Source: Umezawaea sp.
GTDB taxonomy: Bacteria; Actinomycetota; Actinomycetes; Mycobacteriales; Pseudonocardiaceae
Assembly (NCBI GenBank): GCA_039922235.1
Contig: JBDSAJ010000990.1
Coordinates: forward strand, 1-51,852
DNA: 51,852 nucleotides
Direction: 5' to 3'
Below are positions 38,861-47,525 of the stretch, in pieces. Position numbers and translations under genes: made by a program. Position 1 is the first letter of the stretch, and each line of letters begins with the position of its first letter. The notes under the pieces are model-generated. The model saw nothing but the letters and a program-made list of their open reading frames with translations, was not told the DNA's origin and made no database searches.

Positions 38861-41362
38861 CTACCTCCCCGTGGTTCGCAGCGCCCATGCCACCTCGCGA
38901 CCAATTCGGTCCGGGTCGGCATTGCTGGTGACGTTGACGTTGATTTCCTGGTGGGTGGTCCCCGCGGCGCCAACGCCGTTGCCGTTCGTGGAACCGCGTT
39001 GGTCGCCACGGGATGCCGTCCCGGTACCAGCCGCGATACCAACGGCACCGGCCGCACCCAGCGCGAACGCCAAGGGCGAACCGAAGTCGGTACCGGCCAC
39101 GGCCCCGGCGATGTCGGTTGCGAGACCGCTCGCGGCGGACAGGGCAACGTGTGCTGTCTGGTCGATACCAGCCGCGATACCGGGCGGAATCCAGCGTGCG
39201 ATACCGGCCATCACGCGTGAGGGCGAGTGGATGCCAAGCGCGTCACGGACCCAGTTCGGCATGATGCTGGAGAAGAACCCAAGGACGCGGTCGCGGAGCC
39301 ACCCGGCCGCACCTTGGATGCCGGACCACAAGCCGCTCAGCAGGTCGCGACCGGCACCGGTGAGCAGGCTTCCGAGATTGCCGATCGCGCCGAGCACCTG
39401 GCCGCCCAGACCGCCGAGCCACGAGACCAGCTCGCGCAGCTTGCCGACGGCCGCGTTGTACACCCCGGCGAACCAGTCGGCCGCCATGCCGGGTAGCCGC
39501 CCCAGGAAGCTCACGGCGTCGAGCACCCACGCCACGGCGGCACGGACACCGGCAACGATGTCGTCCCAGTAGGTGATGATCAGCCCGACCAGGGACCATT
39601 TGAGGAAGTAGTCCCAGATGAACCGGGCCGCAGCAACGATCGCGTCGACCAGCCACGCCCACGCCTTTTTCGTCCAGTCCACGACGGTGTCCCAGTTGGC
39701 GATGATCAACGCGACCAGGGCGACGACGGCCGCGATGATCCAGCCGACCGGCCCCATCGCGAGCACCCACGCCGCTGCCATCTGCGCCGCCCGGATGAGG
39801 GACTGCACACCCATGAGCGCCCAGCCGCCGACGACTGATGCGGCCGTGACCGCCATGCTCGCGACCATCGCGACGCCCGAGGCGACAGCGCCCGTTTGCG
39901 CCAGCAGCCACGCGCCGACCGTGCGAGCCGCGCCCGCCACCGCCGCACCTGCCATCAGTCCCCAGCGAGCAACGATCATCACCGCTGCGCCGGATTGCGC
40001 GAGTGCGGAACCGACGGCCGCGACCCGCCCCATCACCCACCCGGCCGCCGACTTCGCACCGCTGATCAGTGACTCGATACCGAGCTTGATGAGCGCGGGC
40101 AGGAACAGAGCGGTGATGACGCCTGCGACGACGCGCAACCATGACTCGTTCTCGCCTACCCACTGCGCGAGCGCTTGCAGAGCGGGAACCACGGTGCCCG
40201 TGACGAACGCGCCGATGACGGCGAGGGCCGGACCGAGGTTGGTGTTGAGGAACGTCGCCAGTTGATTGACCAAGGGGATGACATAGCCGCCGACCAGGTC
40301 GACGAACGCGGTCGTGACGCTGCGCGTGAACACGTCGAGATTGGCCGATGCGTTGTCGTGCAACGACTTCCCGAGCGCGTCGGTAGCGCCCGCGACACCC
40401 GTGAGCGCGTTCGTCATCGGCCGCAACGCTGCGAGCGCGTCGAGATTGCCCAGGTCCTCGAACTGAGTACCGAACAGCCCGACGGCCGCAGCCTCTTTCT
40501 TGACCGGGTCGTCGATGCTCAGGATGCCGTCAAGGATCTGCTGGAACGCGGCCTTGGCTCCCTCGCCGCCGCCGAGGATCTTCTTGGCCATGTCCTCGGC
40601 GTTGAGACCGATCGCCGTGTAGGCGTCAACGGACGTCTTGGACATGTCGACCGAACGGACGCGGAATTCCTTGATCGCGTCGCCCGCCTTGTCGAGCTGG
40701 ATCTTGCCGCCCTTGGCCGCCGCGCCGAGCACGCCGAACGCCTCGGCACCGCTGAACCCGAGCCCCTGGAAAAACACGCTGTACTCGTCGGACGCCTCAA
40801 GCAGGTCATCGCGCACCGCAGCGGGCACACCCTGAAGACCCTTGGTCATCAGGTCGAACGCTTCGCCCGCGTTCTTGGCGAGCCCGGTCTTGAGCAGGAT
40901 TCCGACACTGCCGACCGCGCGGTTGATGTCGACGTTGAACGCGTTGGCGACGTCCAGTGCCTGTTTGGTGACGGCTTCCAACTCACCTTGCGAGCCGAAC
41001 TTGCCGAGGGTCGACACGACCGCGCCGATGGACTCGGACACCTGGCCGAAACTGTCGCCGTAGCCCTTGGCGTACAACGCGCCCGCAGCGTCGCCGTAGC
41101 GCTTGGCCTCGTCGACGGTCGCGCCGAGTTGCGCGCCGAGCTTGGCGTTGATCTGCGCGCGGTCCAGCGATTCCAGAATCGCGCCGCCGATGCCACCAGC
41201 AGCAAGACCAGCCGCCGCGAACTTCGCCGCGCTCGCCGCCACATCCGTTGCCGCGCCGCCGACCTTGGACGCGAACGCGCCGATGCCGTTCTCTCCCTGG
41301 CCGAGCTTGTCGACCAAGTCCTTGATGTCGCCGAGGATCGTGACCTTGATCGGCTTAGCCAC
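38861..41362 (-). CDS. Tape measure protein
   Basis: 833 aa, Ala/Gly-rich, DKAGDAIKEF, LFGTQFEDLG, ALGIHSPSRV. Confidence 0.93.
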   Translation of the reverse strand: MAKPIKVTILGDIKDLVDKLGQGENGIGAFASKVGGAATDVAASAAKFAAAGLAAGGIGGAILESLDRAQINAKLGAQLGATVDEAKRYGDAAGALYAKGYGDSFGQVSESIGAVVSTLGKFGSQGELEAVTKQALDVANAFNVDINRAVGSVGILLKTGLAKNAGEAFDLMTKGLQGVPAAVRDDLLEASDEYSVFFQGLGFSGAEAFGVLGAAAKGGKIQLDKAGDAIKEFRVRSVDMSKTSVDAYTAIGLNAEDMAKKILGGGEGAKAAFQQILDGILSIDDPVKKEAAAVGLFGTQFEDLGNLDALAALRPMTNALTGVAGATDALGKSLHDNASANLDVFTRSVTTAFVDLVGGYVIPLVNQLATFLNTNLGPALAVIGAFVTGTVVPALQALAQWVGENESWLRVVAGVITALFLPALIKLGIESLISGAKSAAGWVMGRVAAVGSALAQSGAAVMIVARWGLMAGAAVAGAARTVGAWLLAQTGAVASGVAMVASMAVTAASVVGGWALMGVQSLIRAAQMAAAWVLAMGPVGWIIAAVVALVALIIANWDTVVDWTKKAWAWLVDAIVAAARFIWDYFLKWSLVGLIITYWDDIVAGVRAAVAWVLDAVSFLGRLPGMAADWFAGVYNAAVGKLRELVSWLGGLGGQVLGAIGNLGSLLTGAGRDLLSGLWSGIQGAAGWLRDRVLGFFSSIMPNWVRDALGIHSPSRVMAGIARWIPPGIAAGIDQTAHVALSAASGLATDIAGAVAGTDFGSPLAFALGAAGAVGIAAGTGTASRGDQRGSTNGNGVGAAGTTHQEINVNVTSNADPDRIGREVAWALRTTGR

Positions 41363-41373
41363 TCACGTCCCCC

Positions 41374-41622
41374 TTACGACATCACGGGCTCTCGTCGAGT
41401 CCTCTGGTCCTCACCGCCGCGCGGACCGCTTCGCTTGTTCTGTGCCTTGATGTCGGCGTTCATCGCGGACACCAGTGCGCGGAATTCGTCGAGTCGCAGG
41501 CCTTGCACGTCGGACCAGGTGAGTCCGCGAAAGTGGTTGATCAGGCGGGCTTTGGCGACCGCGCGCGACGCTCGCGGCGATTCGGGACGACGCGGTCCGC
41601 GGCGTCCGGTCCGGTAGGGTTT
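41374..41622 (-). CDS. Tail assembly chaperone, -1 frameshift extension
   Basis: Open -1 frame from slippery A AAC CCT (41616-41622) up to the tape measure gene. Confidence 0.65.
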   Translation of the reverse strand, partial: KPYRTGRRGPRRPESPRASRAVAKARLINHFRGLTWSDVQGLRLDEFRALVSAMNADIKAQNKRSGPRGGEDQRTRREPVMS

Positions 41623-41858
41623 TCGTCCGACTCCCCCGCGCGTGACTCGGGCATGGCCATCCGGACGTGTGCCGCGTCCTCCCACGTGAACTCGGGGTTG
41701 TCGCGGCGCTTGACGACGTAGGCGACGGCCCGCAGGAACCGGCCCTTGCGTGCACCGGGGAGGCCGATGCTGTCGATCGAGGCGTCGATCAGGTCCTCGA
41801 TGGTCTCGATCTCGCCGACCGTGAGGTCATTGACGTCGATGCTCAAACTTTCGGACAC
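41541..41858 (-). CDS. Tail assembly chaperone
   Basis: IDVNDLTVGEIETIED; position before the tape measure; RBS AGGAGAG. Confidence 0.75.
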   Translation of the reverse strand: MSESLSIDVNDLTVGEIETIEDLIDASIDSIGLPGARKGRFLRAVAYVVKRRDNPEFTWEDAAHVRMAMPESRAGESDENPTGPDAADRVVPNRRERRARSPKPA

Positions 41859-41868
41859 GGGCTCTCTC

Positions 41869-42258
41869 CTAGTCGGTGTCGACGTGTCGCCGCACGAGTG
41901 CGGACATGAGTTCTTGGAACAGCGCCGCGTATTCCTCGCGTCGCGCGTAGGCAGCGCGGAAGAGGAACGGTTGCGGCTTGATCCCGCGTTTGGGCCATCC
42001 GAAGTGGATCGGCCCCGCGTAGTTCGCCGAGTTCCCCGAACCGGCGCGGACGACAGCGCCCTTGACCGATGAACTCGGCTTGATGCTCGCGGACAACTTG
42101 CCGGACAAGTGCGGGGCAAGCGAGCGGGCAGGGGGAACCACGACGTTCGCCGTTTGCTTGTGTGCCTCGCGTAGTTCCTTGGCCAATCCCTTGTTCTTGG
42201 CCTGGTTGATCGAGCGCCGCAGTTCCTTGTGCCCCTCAACTCGGACTTGAAATTTCAC
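41869..42258 (-). CDS. HK97 gp10-like tail completion protein
   Basis: VEGHKEL...AP..SGKL..SI...YAGPIHFG...PQPFL. Confidence 0.8.
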   Translation of the reverse strand: MKFQVRVEGHKELRRSINQAKNKGLAKELREAHKQTANVVVPPARSLAPHLSGKLSASIKPSSSVKGAVVRAGSGNSANYAGPIHFGWPKRGIKPQPFLFRAAYARREEYAALFQELMSALVRRHVDTD

Positions 42259-42329
42259 CGCCGAGCACCCCCCGAGGACGAGGGCTCTCCTGGTTGTGGT
42301 GTGCACACCAAGAGAGCCCTCGACTGGCC

Positions 42330-43310
42330 TTAGGCGTGGGGTTCCTTGTAGACGACCGTGACCGCGTCGCCGGTCGAGCCGTGCAGGATGGCGAACGGCA
42401 GGGTCATCACGGTGAGGTCGTCAAGGGACGCCTCGGGAGACTCGCCCGTGAACTGGATGCTCGGTGCCCGGATCTCCAGTGACGCCGCCGTGCCGTTCGT
42501 CGACTCGGTGACGCCCGTGTACGCGATGCGCAGGCCGAGCACTTCGCCCGCAACGAACGCCTCGTACAGGCCGAGGGTCGAGCTGGTGAACTCGACCTCG
42601 AACTCACCTTCGTAGGCGGGCAGCTCGGCGCGCTCGGGCTTCTGCTTGAGTTCGTTCCCGCGGATTGCTCGCCGGTCGGTCTTCAGCCCGCGCACGCCCT
42701 TCGCCGTCCACTTGGTGACGGCAACCAGCGTCTCGACACCAGCGCGGGTGAGGTAGACCGCGCCACGGGTCCAGTCATAGGCGTAGGACTCGGTCGGGTA
42801 GTCGATCGGCAGCGCCGCGCCACCGTGCTGCACATCCTGGAAGTCGAACGAGACCTTGGCCTTGAGTGGCGCGTCGAGTTCCTGCGTGAACTCCCACTCG
42901 GTAGCCACGCACCCGAGGTGCCGGTACACGACCGTGCCGCCGTCGACCTTGGGGCGGATCATCTGCGCGGTGAAGCTCGGCGACAGGGACACGGTCGACG
43001 TCTTGAACGTCAGCGTGCGCGGTGCGCCGTCGGTTCCGGGTGCGTCGGCCGCGAGGTCGAACGCCGAACTCAGCAGCGCTTTCGCGCCCGAGTCGAGCAA
43101 GTCCACCTCAAGTTCGCCCTCGCCACCCATGTTCACGATGCGGCGACGGTCGGCCCGCACGGTCTGCATCCCCGCGCGGAAACCCTTGCTCTCCATGAAT
43201 TCCCGCGAGGTCTTCCACGAGTCGGCTTGTCCCTCGTATCCCTCGGCCGTGGTTGCGGCGACGCCGTACGCGGACTCAGCGCCGATCGAAATAGCAGCGT
43301 CGAGCGCCAC
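42330..43310 (-). CDS. Major tail (tube) protein
   Basis: IGAESAYG N-terminus; strong RBS; followed by a hairpin. Confidence 0.85.
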   Translation of the reverse strand: MALDAAISIGAESAYGVAATTAEGYEGQADSWKTSREFMESKGFRAGMQTVRADRRRIVNMGGEGELEVDLLDSGAKALLSSAFDLAADAPGTDGAPRTLTFKTSTVSLSPSFTAQMIRPKVDGGTVVYRHLGCVATEWEFTQELDAPLKAKVSFDFQDVQHGGAALPIDYPTESYAYDWTRGAVYLTRAGVETLVAVTKWTAKGVRGLKTDRRAIRGNELKQKPERAELPAYEGEFEVEFTSSTLGLYEAFVAGEVLGLRIAYTGVTESTNGTAASLEIRAPSIQFTGESPEASLDDLTVMTLPFAILHGSTGDAVTVVYKEPHA

Positions 43311-43321
43311 TCGCGTACCTC

Positions 43322-43768
43322 CTAGGATTGGATTCGAGCCCGAACCCGAATCGTGAAATCGCATTGCGCCGCCGTGCCGAGCGTCGCGTGTTCGCCGTTG
43401 GTGACGAGTGCGCGAATCGGTCGCGCGTCGATCAATCCGGGGACCGTTGCCGGGTCGAACCCGTCCAACACGGCGGATTCGATGCGCGCGCGCATTCCGT
43501 ACACGCCGCGTTCGGCGTGGATCGGATCACCGCTTTCGGCGCACAGCGCGCGAACGGTGATCTCGGCAACCAGGTTGCTCGGCTTGCGGCGACCGGCGAC
43601 CATCGCCGCCGGTTCGATCTCGGGCTCGACACTGTCGCCGAACCACACGGACCGGCGCGTTGCGTCGGCCCCCGGATCGGCCCACGCGACAAGGGTTCTG
43701 GTCCCTGTGAACGCGAGCTTGAGCGCTGCGAAAATGGCCAACTTGGTGTCAAGGACTACCTCGGACAC
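43322..43768 (-). CDS. Tail terminator/head-tail joining protein
   Basis: Size and position between the adaptor and major tail genes. Confidence 0.6.
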   Translation of the reverse strand: MSEVVLDTKLAIFAALKLAFTGTRTLVAWADPGADATRRSVWFGDSVEPEIEPAAMVAGRRKPSNLVAEITVRALCAESGDPIHAERGVYGMRARIESAVLDGFDPATVPGLIDARPIRALVTNGEHATLGTAAQCDFTIRVRARIQS

Positions 43769-43776
43769 AGGCCCCC

Positions 43777-44142
43777 TCAACCGAACGGCGGACGGGCGCG
43801 GTAGCTGTTCAGAACGGCGTTGACCTCGGGGAGACTGGTCGGCCGCCACGGGCCGCCCGCTTGCGCGAGGTTCTGCGTTCCGAACTCGGAGACGATCGAG
43901 GTCGCCCGGTCCGGCAACCGCGCATCGAGATCGGTCACCCACTGGCGGGCGACGGTGCGGACCGCCCAACGGATCGACACCGGGGGCGGCCGTTCCTGCG
44001 ACCAGGCAACGCCCGTGTACAGCTCGACCCGCTCGACCGCGACCGCTCGCGCCTCGATCAGCGTCGCGTCGTCGAACCGGTCGGTGTTGTCGAGCCCGTC
44101 CAACCGGCGGAGTTCGGCAAGCGTGGCGTAGACGTCGAGCAC
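43777..44142 (-). CDS. Head-to-tail adaptor
   Basis: YATLAEL...VELYTG...LPEVNAVLNSYR; follows the capsid gene. Confidence 0.75.
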   Translation of the reverse strand: MLDVYATLAELRRLDGLDNTDRFDDATLIEARAVAVERVELYTGVAWSQERPPPVSIRWAVRTVARQWVTDLDARLPDRATSIVSEFGTQNLAQAGGPWRPTSLPEVNAVLNSYRARPPFG

Positions 44143-44229
44143 GACGGCTGTCCTTCTTTCGACACGGCGAACCACACCCGAGTCACAGTTAGAACCTTCT
44201 GTTTCTCGGGTGTGGTTTCACCAGCTCGG

Positions 44230-45918
44230 TTACGGGAGGGTCAGCAGCGCCGAACCCGTGGTGTCGATCAGCGCGCCGCCGAATCGCTGGACGAACTTGT
44301 ACGACACCAGGTCTTCCACGAACTTGACCTCGGTCGAGCGCGCGACGCGCAGCGCTCCGGCGAACCGGACCGTGAAGCCGCTCAGGTCGGTGAACGCGAT
44401 CTTGCCTTCGTTCGTGTCGGCGAAACCGGGGTCCACGATGACCAGGGAGTCGAGCAGCGTGAGCGCGCCGCCGTCGGCAACGGAGCGGAGCAGGTACCGA
44501 CCGTCGGTGTCCTTGAGCTTGCGCACGCGGGCGACGGTCTTGCGGCCCATGATCCACCGGGCGCGCTGCGCCGCGTAGGTCGCCAGCGAGTAATAGGTGT
44601 CGATCACCGCATCGGTGACGACCGTGTCCTTGGCAATCGGACCGGTCAGGGCCGTCCGCAGCTCGGGCGCGATCCCCTTCGCGGGGTCCAACAGCGCGGC
44701 GACCCACTCGCGGCCCATCTGATCGGTCAGGTTCGGCCCCGCGTCGGCGACGAGGAAACCGACCAGGTCGACAATGTCATCGGACACCAGCTCGGCGGAC
44801 ACGTGCGCGACGTGACCGGTCTTCTCCACGCCCAGCGGGACCGTGTCCGTGGTCGGGTAGACCTCCGGGAGCGCCTGGCCCTCGGTGGTCTTGCGGGTCA
44901 CGCGGGTCGGCCGGACACGGGGGAAGTCGATGACTTCACCGCTGGTGGTGCGGATGACTCGGGCACCGGCCGCGATGACGAACGAGCGTTCCTCGATCAG
45001 CGCGAGCAACTGCGTGTAGAGGGACGGCTTGGCCGTGGCCTTGCCGTTCTGCTTGTTCGTCGCGTCGATGTCGACGCCCAGGACCGCACGGAACTCCGCG
45101 GCGCCACCCTCGGGCAGCCCGCGCAGCGTCGCGTTGTCGTCGACCGTGGTCGTGTTGCGTGGCGTGACGTTGTGGGACTCCAGTGCGGACAGGACCGCGT
45201 CACGGGTCTCGTTCGCACGGGCCTCGGCCGCCTCGGTCTCGAACCGCGCATCGATGGCGTCGAGCCGCGCGAGGATGAGCCGTTCCAGGTCCGAGCGGCC
45301 CTCGTCGGCCGCGTTCTGCAACGCGTGTTCGGCGTGCGCCCTCTGCTCGGCGGTCGTGGTGTCGGTGGCGGTAACGGTCACGGGTGCTCCCTTCTCGGGC
45401 TCGGCAAGCGCGGCGGGAATGGAGCGCTTTGCAACGGTGGTGTCGGGGTAGGCGGGCCTGGTCACAGGACCGAGTTCGTGAACCCGAAAGTCCTTGAGGG
45501 ACCGGATGAGGACGCCGCTGTCCTGATCGCGGGTCCATTCCTGGTCCGCGTCGAAGTCCTTGAGGCTGAACATGAACGAGGACCCGCGAACGATCTTCTT
45601 GTCGACCAGCTCGGCGACGTCGCGCCCGGCAGTGGTGTTCGGGAGGTCGATCTCGTACCAGCCGCCGAGGTCGTCGACCCCGGTACGGAGCCCGTAACCG
45701 GTGCGCGCCAACGGCTTGCCGAAATCGTGGTTGAACGTCGAGACCAGGTCGCCGCGTTCCATGTCCTCACGGCCCGCGCCGCGTTCGACGCGCTCACGGA
45801 AACCGCCGAGGTCACCGCTGAGTTTGTCGAACACGTAGGCGTAGCCACGGATGGTGAGCACGTCGCCGTTGGTCCGAGTTTCAACCGGGAGGGTGACGTC
45901 CCTCCGCTCGGTTGTCAT
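44230..45918 (-). CDS. Fused HK97 prohead protease and major capsid protein
   Basis: GYAYVF, FRERV, FNHD, GSSFMF, ELGPVTRPAY protease motifs, then VSAELVSD, KLKDTDGRYL, FTDLS capsid motifs. Confidence 0.92.
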   Translation of the reverse strand: MTTERRDVTLPVETRTNGDVLTIRGYAYVFDKLSGDLGGFRERVERGAGREDMERGDLVSTFNHDFGKPLARTGYGLRTGVDDLGGWYEIDLPNTTAGRDVAELVDKKIVRGSSFMFSLKDFDADQEWTRDQDSGVLIRSLKDFRVHELGPVTRPAYPDTTVAKRSIPAALAEPEKGAPVTVTATDTTTAEQRAHAEHALQNAADEGRSDLERLILARLDAIDARFETEAAEARANETRDAVLSALESHNVTPRNTTTVDDNATLRGLPEGGAAEFRAVLGVDIDATNKQNGKATAKPSLYTQLLALIEERSFVIAAGARVIRTTSGEVIDFPRVRPTRVTRKTTEGQALPEVYPTTDTVPLGVEKTGHVAHVSAELVSDDIVDLVGFLVADAGPNLTDQMGREWVAALLDPAKGIAPELRTALTGPIAKDTVVTDAVIDTYYSLATYAAQRARWIMGRKTVARVRKLKDTDGRYLLRSVADGGALTLLDSLVIVDPGFADTNEGKIAFTDLSGFTVRFAGALRVARSTEVKFVEDLVSYKFVQRFGGALIDTTGSALLTLP

Positions 45919-47279
45919 TCGGTCCCCTTGTCTCCCCCGTTGTCGTCAAGGGGGTTGCTGTCATCGCCGGAATCGGTCGGCTGGTCGTCGCCTTGGGCCT
46001 GGTCCTCGGCGGGCTGTGGTTCGGTGCCCTTGCTCAGCACGAGCGGCCCATCGGGCGTGAGGATCGCGAGGTTCATCGGCACCATCAGGTAGCCGCCGAG
46101 CCCGGACGGATCGGGCGGAAGGTCTTCCCACGCGCGGACTTCGTCGCGGGTGTAGATGCCCGTTTGCAGCGCCACCCGGTAGGCGTCGAGCCGTTCCCGG
46201 AGCGAGCCGCGCAACAGTGCGCCGAGGTTGAACTTGATGAACGCGCCAGCGCGCACACCACGCGGACCAAGCAGCGTCGAAAACGCCTCCTCGATCCGCG
46301 CAACCCAGGTAGTCAGCGTGTGTTGCACGAACGCGGTGTTCTGCTCCGCAAGACCCGAACCCCATGAGGTCGAGTTCGTCGCGTCCGCGACCAGGTGCGG
46401 AGGGACACCGAAAATCCGGACGACCTCGGGCACCTGGAATTGCCGTGTCTGGAGGAACTGCGCCTCGTCGGGAGTGACGCTGATCTTCTGAAACTTCGCG
46501 TCCTCGGTCAGGATGGCGAGCCCGTGCCGGTTGCCCTTGCCTCCGTGGATCGTGCGCCAGGTGCGCCGCGCCGCCGTGAGCCCGTCCGGGGTCATCGGTC
46601 CGGGAACCGAGATGACCGCGCCCGGCATGGCCCCGTTCTCGAAGAACTCCGCGCCGTATTCCTGTGCTGCCAACGAAAGACCGAACGTGCGCCGAGCCGC
46701 GTGCAGCGGCGAGACGCCCTTGATGCTTCCGGCCAGCGAGATACCCGAGATGTGCAAGACGTCCGACGCGGGAAGCGCGCCGACCACCTCGACCGACCCG
46801 TCTTCGCCGACGGCGGTGATCTGGTAGACCAGTTCACGCCGCCCGTTGCGGTGCCGGACGTAGCGCGGGTCAACGGCGGTCGCGGGGATGACGTCGAGTG
46901 CGATGATCTCGCCACGCGCCCGCGTGATGAGGATGTACGCGTTGCCCTCAAGCAACAGCGAAGTCATGATCTCGGTCAGGAACTTGATGCGGCGGACGTC
47001 CGTACTCGGCTGGTCCATCCACAACGGGCGGTCGAACGGTCGACGAGTGCCACCGCGACCGCGCTGGAACGTGTCCCACGGCGTGGTAGCGATCGAATCG
47101 GCGATCAGTCGCACACTCGCGTAGACCGCCGAGATCGCAAGCGCGCCCTCGGGAGTGATCGCGGGAGCGTCCTCGTCACCGGTCGTCCATCCCATGAGAC
47201 CACCGGTATCGGTTGCCTCATACGGGTTGACGGTCTCGGCCCGCGACTCGGAGCGCGCGAATACGTCCATGAACCCCAC
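45915..47279 (-). CDS. HK97-family portal protein
   Basis: SAVYASV..IAD, LLLEGNAY, GVSPL, AQFLQTR, IFGVPPH. Confidence 0.96.
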   Translation of the reverse strand: MGFMDVFARSESRAETVNPYEATDTGGLMGWTTGDEDAPAITPEGALAISAVYASVRLIADSIATTPWDTFQRGRGGTRRPFDRPLWMDQPSTDVRRIKFLTEIMTSLLLEGNAYILITRARGEIIALDVIPATAVDPRYVRHRNGRRELVYQITAVGEDGSVEVVGALPASDVLHISGISLAGSIKGVSPLHAARRTFGLSLAAQEYGAEFFENGAMPGAVISVPGPMTPDGLTAARRTWRTIHGGKGNRHGLAILTEDAKFQKISVTPDEAQFLQTRQFQVPEVVRIFGVPPHLVADATNSTSWGSGLAEQNTAFVQHTLTTWVARIEEAFSTLLGPRGVRAGAFIKFNLGALLRGSLRERLDAYRVALQTGIYTRDEVRAWEDLPPDPSGLGGYLMVPMNLAILTPDGPLVLSKGTEPQPAEDQAQGDDQPTDSGDDSNPLDDNGGDKGTE

Positions 47280-47282
47280 GCG

Positions 47283-47513
47283 CTACCTCCCCCGCACCAC
47301 AGCGATAGCGCCAACGATCAGCAGGACACCGCGCGTGATCTGTCCGGCCGCCGCGTTGAACTCGGCGACGCCATCGGCGACCGCGAACGCGCCACCGGTC
47401 GCAAGCAACTCGGCGAGGTTGCGCGCAACGAACTCACGTCCACGCCCCAGCAAGTCACCCGCACCAGACATCAAGGCGGACAGCCGCTCTCGCCTGCTTG
47501 GCTTGTCTTCCAC
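47283..47513 (-). CDS. Small membrane protein between terminase and portal
   Basis: 76 aa with hydrophobic C-terminal half. Confidence 0.6.
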   Translation of the reverse strand: MEDKPSRRERLSALMSGAGDLLGRGREFVARNLAELLATGGAFAVADGVAEFNAAAGQITRGVLLIVGAIAVVRGR

Positions 47514-47525
47514 GGCCGCCCCCTT

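Noticed and set aside
18815-42312. Repeats as a CRISPR array together with the Cas4-like nuclease
   Set aside because: Copies are dispersed with no regular spacers; the nuclease is an ordinary phage exonuclease and there are no other cas genes
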